From Squalus acanthias (lineage: Eukaryota), in assembly GCA_030390025.1 (NCBI GenBank), contig CM059431.1:120158001-120222000 (forward strand): a DNA stretch of 64,000 nucleotides, in the 5' to 3' direction. Shown piece after piece: positions 1 to 10,244 of this stretch; the stretch's first letter is position 1; every line of letters begins with the position of its first letter. Below the pieces are notes generated by a model. That model saw nothing but the letters and a program-made list of their open reading frames with translations, did not search any database and was not told the DNA's origin. Both the position numbers and the translations under genes were made by a program.

Positions 1-1
1 G

Positions 2-1795
2 GCAGGACACTGGCAGCGAGAGGGTAGTGTGTTAGATTTTGGTGTGAATGTACGAAATGTTATGCAGGAAAAGATAGCAGATTATGTGTTCAGAAAGGTA
101 AATCTAACTAAGAAATGGATAAGTGACCTGTTAGCGGATAAGAGTCCACTAGAGGCAGCCGAGAGGTGGACAGATAGTAAGGAACATAAAAAGACAGTCG
201 AGAAAGCAGTCTGGTTAATGTGTTACAAAAGGCAGGTCCAGATTTCAAACCAGGTCATTACAGCGCAAACAGCTCGGATCAGGCATTTGGAGGAGGAAAT
301 GGATGAGAAAGTCTCTGGAGGGGAGTTGCTCATCAGGAATTTAAGTGCGCTGCACCGAGAACGCCAGGAAATCACCAGTCACCACAAAGCAAAAATAGAT
401 TACCTCGAGTGTCAGGTCACTGAGGCAAAGTTAAGTGAGGGCAGACTAAAGGAATGATGTGCCCGCCAAGCTGCCCAAATAAGAGCCCAGGAAGAGAGCT
501 TAACGGGGGTTAGGGCGGCATATAAGATGGCCCTTGAGGATAAATTTCAGGGGGCCGATCATAGCGCCTGCCAAAAGGAGATAGAGCACCTTAAAAGGGC
601 CGTGAACAAAGCGCACGGCATGGTGTGCCTTATCAGTCCGTCAGCACACCAGCCGCTAGTAGATGAGGAGTTTCAGAAATTCCCACCAAGTAAAGCAAAG
701 GAAGTATTAGCCACTACGCCCTCCGCGCCACCCAGCTATTCGGAAACCTGGGTAAGGGAGGAAGTAGTAGAAGAAACGAAAGAGCCCACTGAGGGAGAAG
801 TGGAAAAGGGACCGTTGTGTCCAGTTACGGGTATAAAAAGGGGCCCAAACGGGAACGGTGGGGAACCAGGGGATCTCCTGAACCAGCTTGTGTTGCCTCA
901 CAGCTCACACCAGCTGAGAGTTATGATAAATCACGTACGGAAGCTGACCGAGTCAGACGACCCTTCCGTACATTTCAGAGAAGTTGAGCAAACCGCAGCC
1001 ATTAACGGCTGCGATGATGGGGAAACAGCAAAAATGCTGTTATTTTCGTTAGGCAGTTCAATCCTTCAGTGTCTCTCGGACGAGAGCAAGAGGGGAACCA
1101 AGACATATGAGGCATTAAAAAATGAGGTCCTAGAAGTGTTGGGGACGGACGATGAAGGTCCGTTTCCTAGAGTGGGACAGACAGTGCAGATGGAGGGAGA
1201 ACCCCCGAAGGTTTTTGCCGACAGGCTGTGGCCAGTATATCAGCGCAGCTGTCCAGGTGCGCCAGAGCGCGACGCTGTGGACGGCGTCGGTTTAACTCAT
1301 TGGCTCAGGTGTATAGTAGCCAACAGTTTGCCAGCCGTCAGAGAGCAGGCAAAAGCGTGGTTTGATCCCACTGACCCCAACATTACGGAAGAGTCGGTCT
1401 TAAATCGACTCACGGTAGGATACCGCAATATAAGGGGTATGGGAACACGTCCCCTTAAGGGAAAAGTACATGAGGTACGACCCGCAGCCCCGGCTCAAAG
1501 GGAGTGGCATCAGGAGGGTAACCGCGCCCCGCAGGCAAGTAATGCTTGTTACGGGTGTGGGAGGACAGGGCACTGGCGCAAGAACTGCAGGAACCCTTGG
1601 AAGGATTCCAGGGATAAAAATCCCGCAGCCCGAGCCCAGATGCCTGTCTCGGTTAGGGAAGCTAGTGCACCCACCCGTCCCGACGACCTCGAAACAGTGT
1701 TGGGAGCCATGCGCAACTTCATGAGTGCACATGGAAAAGTGGCGGTTGCTACCGGCCCCGTAGGTGCCGCAGGCCCGTCTAACCATACCCAATGA
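2..1795 (+). pseudogene. gag: Gag (coiled-coil N-terminus, PSAPPSY late domain, capsid-like region, one CCHC knuckle) with one in-frame nonsense codon
   Basis: ORFs 29-457 and 527-1795 are in the same frame. TGA at 455-457 corresponds to AGA (Arg) in copy B. Knuckle is CYGCGRTGHWRKNC. Start codon lies just upstream of the window. Confidence 0.9.
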
Positions 1796-2902
1796 CTAGA
1801 GCCCACGCAGCCTGCCTACCTGTGTCCTTTTAAAAGACACGCACAGGAGGGCGTCGCCGGTGAGGAGGCCAGGTTAAAAGAGCAGGCCTTGCGGGAGGAG
1901 AACGCCCGCTTAATAGGGAAAATAGATGGGCTGGAAGGGCAGCTTAGAGAGCAGGCCCTGCGGGAGGAGAACGGCCGCTTAATGGGAAAGTTAGACGTGC
2001 TCAGGCTAGAAGGGCAGCTTAGGGAAATAAAAGCAGCCTACCAGGTAGCCAGAAGCAGGGATTTAAACCAGTGCAAACTGTACAAGCCAGGTGCACAAGG
2101 GAAAACCACAGGGGCAAAACCTGCGAGTGGGGACTCGCAGCCCCAGGTAGGACCACAAGGCACACAGGCAGGCAAAGCAGCTTGCATCAGGGGAGGAGAC
2201 ATCCTGGAAAATTGTGAAACATTTTTGTGGGGTTGGGAGTCAGATGAGGGAGAGTTCCCGGAACTCGAGTCAGATGAGGATAGTGATGAGGACGAGTGGG
2301 AATCGGGGAACGCAAGGGTCGCCCCCGATTCAGGTATAGGGAGGACAGGGGCTGCAGATAGAGATCCACACAGGGTGGACACCGAGGCTGCAGGTCCTGA
2401 ACAGAGGAGGGAGGAGCTAGGGGAGGCGGAGCCAGCCACTGTGAGACCACAGGGCGTGACGGCGGAAACCTCAGAGCCCGAGCCGCCCGCCTTGAACGTC
2501 CTGCCCTCGAGGGAGGTAGGGATTGCGAGTGAAGGGCCGCCTGCTGGGCCGAGCAGGGCGGTGCCACAAGCTGCAAGTCCCGAGGTCAGGGAGGCGGAGT
2601 CAGGGGAGGCGGAGCCAGCGACTGTGGTGGGACCACAGGTCGTCCCGGTGGAAGTCTCGGAACCCGGTCCGTCGGTCCTGGGATTCCTGCCCCCGACAAC
2701 TCCTCGTAGGTCAAGTCGAGCACCCCAGCCCAGGAAAATGTGGTCATGTCCCCAGACTGCCCCAAGGCGTAGACTCAAGGTTAAGGCAGCCCAGGTAGGG
2801 CCCAGTCCCATCGCAGCAGCAACAGGCTGCGGCAGATCAAAGGAAGGGGTCAGTGCCCTCCCACCGTCGGGAAGAGCTCGCAGCAGCCTTCTCAGAATTT
2901 AA
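1796..2902 (+). CDS. Readthrough ORF: about 11 Pol N-terminal residues + novel duplicated coiled-coil module + acidic/Pro-rich Pol C-terminal tail (no PR/RT/RH/IN)
   Basis: Open and in frame with gag after TGA-CTAG. Matches copy B pol up to about 1827 and again from about 2064 (NQCKLY.PGAQGKTTG ... RARSSLLRI). Confidence 0.8.
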   Translation, partial: LEPTQPAYLCPFKRHAQEGVAGEEARLKEQALREENARLIGKIDGLEGQLREQALREENGRLMGKLDVLRLEGQLREIKAAYQVARSRDLNQCKLYKPGAQGKTTGAKPASGDSQPQVGPQGTQAGKAACIRGGDILENCETFLWGWESDEGEFPELESDEDSDEDEWESGNARVAPDSGIGRTGAADRDPHRVDTEAAGPEQRREELGEAEPATVRPQGVTAETSEPEPPALNVLPSREVGIASEGPPAGPSRAVPQAASPEVREAESGEAEPATVVGPQVVPVEVSEPGPSVLGFLPPTTPRRSSRAPQPRKMWSCPQTAPRRRLKVKAAQVGPSPIAAATGCGRSKEGVSALPPSGRARSSLLRI

Positions 2903-3205
2903 AGGGGCCGCCCTGAGAACGGGCGGCGCTGTACAGTAATAAGTTTAAGTTTAGGATAAGTTTCTAAGTTTATAAGTTTAAGGTTATAAGTTTATAGTTT
3001 TAAATAAGGTTAAGTTTGTAGTTTAATTTTAACAGAAAATGGTAAAATGATGGGAGCTTTAGAGATAGGTCTAGTTAAAGTTTATTTAGTGAACATTGAA
3101 GTTTACGTGAGGCGAGGTCAGGGGACCCGCTCACCCTTCACAAAAGCCAGAGACTCTTGTGAGGCTGGCTACCTCATTCTATCTGATCACAGGAACCAAG
3201 GAAGG

Positions 3206-5557
3206 ATGGAACGAATTTTGGTATTGCTCGCGGCAATCGGATGTGGATTGGCCTATCGAGGCCGCACCAAGGATGTCGTGGTGTTTGGATGCTCCGGGGA
3301 CACGGCCCCCATCGCGGTGGATGGGACCGGAAGACGGGAGGCTGAGGACACCACCACCTATTTCCACAAGGGAAGGTGGCCAGGATGGCTGGGAACAAAC
3401 TCAACGGAGTATTCTAGCACATCGGGGTTTGCCTACCAAGAGACTTCTTTAATGTGCCCCAAAGTAAGGATCATCGCACCCAGAATCAGCGTCACCGTCG
3501 GCAAACGGATTTGTTTGACTTGTAATGGGAATGTCCCATTGAGCCGATGGTGGTGGCTGCGAAAGCTGAGCAAAAACATGAGGAACTCTTCGGTCGAGTG
3601 GGAACGACTGGGTAATAATACCCATCGGACAATTACGGGGACAAACGGACAAGTGAGAGTCTGTTGGGACAAATGGTGGGAACCGGATGAGGGAATTTAT
3701 GTATGCATGTGGGGGTCAAAGTACGCTTGCCCCAAAGGCATCTCCATATTTTTCATTAACCAATGGCAGGATAACGGACAGGGGATGAGGTGGGATGCGA
3801 GCACCAGGGGGTGCGGAGCCCCATACTCTTCGATCCCGGTAAATGCCACTGAGCTCATTACGCGCCCACGCAAAGCCCCGCCCACGATTCCGGTGGTTCT
3901 AGCTGAAGAGGAAGGGTGCCCTAAAACTAGTAAGGGACCCGGGAATGGTTTGGTACTGGTCCCCACAGACCAGATACTATTTCAGGGGGTACATTACGCG
4001 GTGGCCTCGGTGATTTTAAATCTCACCGAGGTGCGGTTACCAGAGTGGTGCCCCAAAAAGACGGAACAATTATATCAGGTCCTGTTGACCAAGATGTTCA
4101 GACAATTTTACGAATTCAATTTCGCGGAAATTGATAAAACAAGTTTGTACACCGCACCACATGAAGTTTTGGATCAAGTAGGGAGGCAAAGAAGGGGTGT
4201 AGTGAACGACGTGTTCACTGCTTTTAACACGGGTACATCTGTGGTCAACGCTCTAGACAGTGTGGAGCTGCAGACCCAGATTAATGGTTTAAAGACACAA
4301 TTAAAAGACATTCTAACAGATGAAAATAAAGTGGTTGGGTCGGGTTTACATGAGGACCAAGCCATGACTCTCCATTTAAAGGAAATTATAGCAGAGTTGG
4401 AGAAACATGCAAAGACGGTAAATGCCCTGATTAGGGAAGATCGGAATGCATCCGATCAAGCTGCGCAGAACGAGGTGTGCGTGCTTTACGGGGCGTGGTT
4501 ACTGGGCGAGGGCCGCAGTAATTTGGAGGATTTAAAACAAGGTTTGGTCCCGTCCTGGATAAGTAACAAACACCTGCGGGCGCTCCACCCTTTTCAGAAC
4601 GCATTAAGCCCGTGCCAGCTCAGGCTAGCTTCAGAAGCATACCCAGTCCCCGTGGACTGCGGACGATCAAACCATACTATCATGGGTATAGTATTACGTA
4701 TGCCGGTTTTGGGCGACACAGCAAAGCCCGCCCCGATGTATCGGGTAGAGAACATTGGTGTCATTCAGGGGGGAGCCCACATTCGCTATGCAGCGGTTCC
4801 ACCCTACGTCATCCACTGGGAGCAAACGATGACAGGTACAGATCTCTCTGGTTGTCGTGGCAGGGGAGCACACATAATACTGTGTCCCCAGCACTTGAAT
4901 GCCTTTTTAACACCACAGTGCGGGTTCAGAACGGCTGGCGCCAAGTCCATGAATTGCACCATGGAGGCAATGGCACAAGATCATGTGCCTCCGCAGGTAG
5001 CATACATCGGGGGTGGAACATATTGTGTTACCACTGCAGCGCAACACTACCAGCATGGAAACCGTAGCCGGTGTCCGGTGAGTGACAGCAGTTTCTGTTT
5101 TAAACCCAGGGCGGAAGTTCAAGTAGCACAACGGCGAATTGTCCCAATCCCTGAACCATCCACTGTTCATCTAACAGTAAAAGAGAATTTCACCGACTTG
5201 CAGCGATTCGTCGCGCATTTCGGATACCTCATTCCCCCTCTCCCTGAACACCTCACCAAGCTTTTAAAAGCCGTCGCGGTGTCACAGAAACATTTTTACA
5301 CATTAGAACAGAAAACTGTCGAAATAGGAACAGACATTCTGGATATAGTAATTCCACCGTGGTGGAATCTGTTCACCAATATTGAAGTGCCTTCATGGAT
5401 CAGAATAGCCTCCCACATTTTAGTCGTATGCCAAGTTTTTATTGTAGTGTACCTATTGATCGTACATTGTAAAAGAGGCAAACGCCTCACCAAGCATGAA
5501 AACACGGGAGTGTGGCGAGAACGTTACGTGCGCGTGCACGATGAAAGCACCGTGTAA
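3206..5557 (+). CDS. env: Env glycoprotein, 783 aa: signal peptide, Ig-like domain, class I fusion protein (Mononegavirales F-like), TM anchor, cytoplasmic tail
   Basis: MERILVLLAAIGCGLA signal peptide at ATG 3206 (the frame is open from 3047). Furin site RQRR at 4184-4195 followed by a fusion-peptide-like stretch and heptad repeat. Cys-rich region, TM segment SHILVVCQVFIVVYLLIV, several NxS/T sequons. Confidence 0.88.
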   Translation: MERILVLLAAIGCGLAYRGRTKDVVVFGCSGDTAPIAVDGTGRREAEDTTTYFHKGRWPGWLGTNSTEYSSTSGFAYQETSLMCPKVRIIAPRISVTVGKRICLTCNGNVPLSRWWWLRKLSKNMRNSSVEWERLGNNTHRTITGTNGQVRVCWDKWWEPDEGIYVCMWGSKYACPKGISIFFINQWQDNGQGMRWDASTRGCGAPYSSIPVNATELITRPRKAPPTIPVVLAEEEGCPKTSKGPGNGLVLVPTDQILFQGVHYAVASVILNLTEVRLPEWCPKKTEQLYQVLLTKMFRQFYEFNFAEIDKTSLYTAPHEVLDQVGRQRRGVVNDVFTAFNTGTSVVNALDSVELQTQINGLKTQLKDILTDENKVVGSGLHEDQAMTLHLKEIIAELEKHAKTVNALIREDRNASDQAAQNEVCVLYGAWLLGEGRSNLEDLKQGLVPSWISNKHLRALHPFQNALSPCQLRLASEAYPVPVDCGRSNHTIMGIVLRMPVLGDTAKPAPMYRVENIGVIQGGAHIRYAAVPPYVIHWEQTMTGTDLSGCRGRGAHIILCPQHLNAFLTPQCGFRTAGAKSMNCTMEAMAQDHVPPQVAYIGGGTYCVTTAAQHYQHGNRSRCPVSDSSFCFKPRAEVQVAQRRIVPIPEPSTVHLTVKENFTDLQRFVAHFGYLIPPLPEHLTKLLKAVAVSQKHFYTLEQKTVEIGTDILDIVIPPWWNLFTNIEVPSWIRIASHILVVCQVFIVVYLLIVHCKRGKRLTKHENTGVWRERYVRVHDESTV

Positions 5558-5997
5558 TCGGAAAATGGCGTCACTCCCGCTTGCCACGTGCGCCGCGGAA
5601 GTTTGTACTCGATCATGATTTTCAAAGACTGTAAATACGTTTGCAACTCGACATGTGTTGAGAGTTGGTGTTGGTTATTTTGGTGATGGTGTTGTCGTTA
5701 AAAATGATTGTTTGGTTTTGGGTTTTGTTTTTCCTTTCCCTGAATAAAAAGATGAATATACAGGTGATACGAGAGGCATCGGCCTGGTCACACCGGGAAG
5801 GAAAACAAGTGGTGTAAGTTTGAAGGCAAATGATGCCTACGGTGATATAAAGTGTAATTTTCTTGGGAAATAAGGACGACGCAAAGACCCTAGATAGTTT
5901 AAGTTATGGGATTAAATTTGCTGGATTCGGAGAAAATCGAGATAATATTGCTCACCACAATATATTTTTGATACGATAAGCGGAGTTATTCGCATCA

Positions 5998-6008
5998 ACA
6001 GGAGGGAC
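5998..6008 (+). promoter_or_regulatory. Short polypurine tract (ACAGGAGGGAC)
   Basis: Purine-rich run immediately 5' of the TG that starts the 3' LTR; identical in copy B. Confidence 0.7.
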
Positions 6009-6585
6009 TGTAGAATTCGCAATATATCGCGATTTTATAAATAAGGAGAAAAACACATAGTTTCGTTCAAACAGCTTTTATTTCAGCAGAATGCTGTCAG
6101 GTTTTCAAAGTGGACACAAGCAGCTTGTAAAATGGCCGCCGCACCTCGTGGCAGAACATTCTAGACATTTCAACAGGCAGACAAGATGGCGTTCCAGTAA
6201 ACATTTGTGCAAGATCGATTAGGACTCAGCACATTTAAAATAATACACGAGACATCATGGTTTCACAGTATACACATAAATACTGAAATCGGTCTCCCAG
6301 GTGCGAATGAGGGCTGTTGTACCAAGTAATCAAGAACCCATCCAAAGACATTAATATGTAAAATCCCAACGACTCTACGATGAGAGAGCCGTTAGCGGGT
6401 AGTTACAGAAAACACTTGGAAGCCCCAAAACCCCTCCAGGGAGAACACCGACCGATTAAACAATGGGAGAAATATTAACAGGTACTCAGACAGTTACAAG
6501 TAGCCCCGAAACCCATTAAAACGAAGATCACCCTATACAAGACATTTGAGCGCCAAACCCTAACAAAAGAAAAGACATTAAGGTT

Positions 6586-6616
6586 GGGCGGGAAACGGAA
6601 GATTTTGCACTATAAT
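6586..6616 (+). promoter_or_regulatory. Putative LTR core promoter (GC box GGGCGG, ETS-like CGGAAG, TATAAT)
   Basis: Motif cluster conserved in all three LTRs in the window. Confidence 0.55.
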
Positions 6617-7376
6617 TGCAAGCTCCAAACCGTCCATCTTTCTCTTGACTCTTGACTCTTATTCGATTGACTCTTATCCTCATGGCTGCTCCTGTGCTCT
6701 TGACTCGCCGTCTTGTTCCTGCTTGCCTCGTGTCTCTTTTCAAAAGACTGTTGAACTTTACGATCCGCTTGAATCTACCTCGTGTCGTGTCGCGAAGACC
6801 TGTGTAGAACTGGGCTCTGAAGCCTTGAAACGGGCGCACCATTCCGCTAAGTCGGTAAACGGTGTTGGAACCGAAGGCCCGAGATGAGATGAGATGAGAT
6901 GAGATGAGATGAGAAGAGAAGACGGCAATACATCTCGTCATGGTCAGTAAACCCCGACCGCGCCCGAAATAAGTGAACTTTGTAGGTTTTGATCGGGAAT
7001 CCAAGGTCAGCACCGATCTTCATGACAGCAGACGTTCCAGCCTGCTAGCCGGAGCAGAAACGAGTAAACAAGTGGGGCCAGGAGACCCCCTGATCGACAC
7101 GTGGGCGCTGCGGTGAAAAACATCCGATCAGAGTTTTCGGAATTCTCCGAGTTATCACGAGTGGTGAGCATGAGTCTCGAATCCTACGAATCTAGCTTAG
7201 GACAGATATTGATAGGGGAGGGTTTTAAGTATTAAGGATAATTGTAATGTGTGCCCCCATTTACGATGTGTCGTTCGTTCCTCGTTTCCCCGAAATTAGT
7301 TACATAACTGCGTGTAAGATTGTACTGTCATTAATCTGTGCTTATGACATGTATTTCGTAATCTTAAGTATTATGC

Positions 7377-7382
7377 AATAAA
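7377..7382 (+). terminator. Putative LTR polyadenylation signal AATAAA
   Basis: Conserved at the equivalent position in copy B LTRs (38858-38863 and 50004-50009, minus). Confidence 0.55.
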
Positions 7383-7622
7383 GATTTTCCATTTCGTACC
7401 ATTCAACCGAGTCTACCTGAGTTTCATCTCCATTACTGCTCTCGCATCTAAGTCCAGTGTCTAGAACCGTAAGGGCGAGTGGGTCGAACCACTCACAGGG
7501 GTGTCTAGTGCTCCCAGACTGGCTGGAGACCAGAACAGGCAACAAGGCCTAAACCCGCACTAGCACCCGGGCTGCACAGAGCCACACGAATCTCACAGGC
7601 TGAGAGACAAAAAACCCTTACA

Positions 7623-8713
7623 ATTAACACGGTCTAATAAAAGAACCCTCCTGCGAAATAAACTAACACAGGACCCCGGCACTAAACCCCTCTAAGGTTT
7701 GGTTGGGACTTACAATCACCCCCTCACACAGCTACGTGGTCTTGTGGATGTGTAGGCGCAGGCAATATGCTCACCCCGATTGCCCGTTGTCTTGCTTGCA
7801 GCTTCTTCCTGTACATCTCGCTCCTGGTTCCGTACTGCCGACGTGATATCCAAGTTCCAGTTTGAGTCGAGGTCCGTTGATTAGGGATGAAGAGCAGTGC
7901 TCAGCTTCTGGCAGTGTTCCGTCGAGCCAAGCCACACTCGGGAGACTCACTGTAGATTGATGCCGAAGAGAAGAGAGAGAGTCCCTGAACGGCTCCTGAT
8001 ATACCCAAAACCCATCGCCTTTTCCTCCTGCCAATACTGATCGATGTATTGACTCTGGTGATCTGTCTGGACCCCCCTGTGTCCTGGAGTGACTCATGAC
8101 CTTTGAAATCTTTGTGAAAAATGATATTCCGTTTCCCCGCTCCCAGGCCTGGCACCTGGAGAGACAATGAGTGCTGATTACTGGATGTCTGTCGTTTCCT
8201 GAGTTGATGGCCCCCATTAGCAGGTAATGGGTTTCAGTCTCAAACCAAACTTGCTTAACTGGCTTATCTCCTGGAAGACAATGAGTGCTGATTACTGGAT
8301 GTCTGTCGTTTCCTGAGTTGATGGCCCCCATTAGCAGGTAATGGGTTTCAATCTCAAACCGAACTTGCTTAACTGGCTTATCTCCTTGAAGACAATGGCC
8401 TGGCCATCTCCTGCCTTCCACCAGTTTCGGTTGGGACTGTATTTTATCGATAGTGTCTCTGAGTTACCTCTCGGGGTATTGTTGCCAGTAATCATGTTAG
8501 ATGGTGATGACGTCAATCGGCCTGGGTTCCCTTCCACCCAGCCTGTCAGTGTGAGATGGCCATTCGCATATGAATGCACCTTAGTCAGGTTAGCCTGGCT
8601 TGCAATCCTATTCCCTAAGCCACTCCCACAAGCTTGCCCAACAGTACAGTTCTTTCTTGGAGTTTTGGATATAAAATATGATTCATAAAAATGGCCAGAA
8701 AGCTGGTGCTACA
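7623..8713. mobile_element. Probable LTR of an unrelated element into which copy A inserted
   Basis: Ends in ...GCTACA exactly where a LINE 3' tail resumes mid-sequence (8714). Carries an enhancer-like tandem duplication. The other end is not visible. Confidence 0.4.
8162..8397. repeat. 114-bp tandem duplication (2 copies plus a partial)
   Basis: AGACAATG recurs at 8162, 8276 and 8390 with near-identical units. Confidence 0.9.
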
Positions 8714-8860
8714 GTACTCCCACATTGCTGTTAGGGAGGGAGTTCCAGGATTTTGACCCAGTGACGATGAAGGAATGGCGATATACTTCCAAGTCAGGAT
8801 GGTGTGTGACTTGGAGGGGAACTTGGAGGTGGTGCTGTTCCCATGCGCCTGCTGCCCTTG
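8714..8860 (-). mobile_element. LINE 3'-tail fragment (same family as 32755-35800)
   Basis: Reverse complement matches about 35530-35675 and 63590-63735. Confidence 0.8.
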
Positions 8861-9859
8861 TCAAGGGTCAGATCACAAGATCTGGAAAGCTAAGAGAAAA
8901 TAATAGTTGAGCAAGACAAATCAAAATCAGGAAATATTACTGTAGTTACACAAAATGATTAGTGAGACAGAAAAGGACGAATACGAAGATATAAAAGAGA
9001 ATATAAAAAAGAAGCTGAAGAAAACAATGAAAAAGAGACAGGAAATCAAAAGAAAGGAAATTGTTACATAAAAAGGATAGAAATAAAGAGAATTATAAAT
9101 GATTGGGGCACAACCAATTAGAAATAACATTTTTCTGCTATTAAAAGACACTCAAAATGAACAAAGAAATGACTGGCATCTATGTTGTCAATCAGGGTGT
9201 TCAGTTCCCATGGTAACCTTCATTCTCAACCATTCAATACTGAGGGAAAAAAGCTGTAAAAATTGAAAAGCTTTCATGAGGATGTAATTTGTATCCCTAC
9301 ATGATTACTTTCTTTTTGAATTGTGAGGCAATGATCTCAAGCCATTAGACAATGCATTTCTTATACATAAGGGTACATAGATAGACTAAGCTCTGTGTTG
9401 ATACTCTTGTGGGATGCTTGTCATGTCGAGTTTCTGGGATGCTGCTCTTGTCACATTGGAAGAGGCTCTGATAGGATTATCCCAAGTGAATTAAAAGTGT
9501 CATTATTGGAGTTCTTGGAACAAAGAAAGAATTTAAAGAAGCCCTACTTGTTTTTGAGGGCCAACTGAGGACTCTTCAGAAATAGATCCAAACCCAGTGT
9601 CAGAGAATGGATATATCGCTTCAGAACATGTTCATGATGAAAGAACTGCATTCAATTTATTTTTTCAATGCATATAAGGCCAACACAGGCAGTTGTAACA
9701 TGTGGTGTTCCCACACTCTGAGGTGAGAGAGTGGTCGACCCACAGTTTTGAGGGTAAGCAGTGAAGGAAATAGTTTCTTTATTGAACTTTTATAGTTCGT
9801 GGCCAGGGGCTGTGGGGCGGTGGGGGGCGGCGGCGGTTGGTGGAGGGAGCAACTATACC

Positions 9860-9992
9860 AAAAGCAAAATACTGTGAATGCTGGAAATCTGAAATAAAAA
9901 CAGAAAATGCTGGAAATACTCAGCAGGTCAGTCAGCATCTGTGGAGAGAGAAACAGAGTTAACGTTTCAGGTCATTGAGCTTTTGTCAGAAT
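9860..9992 (-). mobile_element. Penelope-like terminal-repeat fragment with degenerate hammerhead-like core
   Basis: Minus strand reads CTGACAA-stem-GAAACGTT followed by a typical PLE end sequence. Confidence 0.5.
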
Positions 9993-10244
9993 AACTATAG
10001 TTGCCCAATAGTAAAGTTTCCAAAAGTAGAAGATGTATCGAATAATGAGGTACAGCAGCAGGTGTTCTGGTGGCTATGGTGTTAACATTTTATTGCATGT
10101 ATACTCCATTATGGTGAATATGTTATAAAAATACATAATTAAACATGTTTTTCAACTTTATGCACCACATAATTACATGACTAAAATTTCTCAGTCATGA
10201 AATACAGGGGTGCAGCGATATGGCATGGTAACACAGCTCGAAAG

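Larger units (their letters stand above)
1..7622 (+). mobile_element. Endogenous retrovirus-like element, copy A (non-autonomous, pol enzymes missing; 5' LTR lies outside the window)
   Basis: Order gag - residual pol - env - PPT - LTR. Colinear and homologous with the full-length element at 38620-51475 (minus). Ends in ...CCCTTACA at 7622. Confidence 0.93.
6009..7622 (+). repeat. 3' LTR of copy A (1614 bp)
   Basis: TGTAGAATTCGC...CCCTTACA. Homologous to both LTRs of copy B. Internal (GAGAT)n at about 6881-6912. Confidence 0.92.

Noticed and set aside
2038..2811. 257-aa antisense ORF over the Pol tail
   Set aside because: In-register shadow of a GC-rich coding frame; only partly mirrored in copy B (158 aa) and has no recognisable domain.
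3047..3205. 53-aa N-terminal extension of Env
   Set aside because: The upstream ATGs are not in frame with env in copy B, and the signal peptide starts at 3206.
4612..5067. 151-aa overlapping ORF in env present in both copies
   Set aside because: GTG start; persistence is expected given high nucleotide identity; no motifs.
6528..7013. ORFs inside the LTRs as accessory genes
   Set aside because: Mostly non-ATG starts, they cross a microsatellite, and they are not conserved in length between copy A and copy B LTRs.
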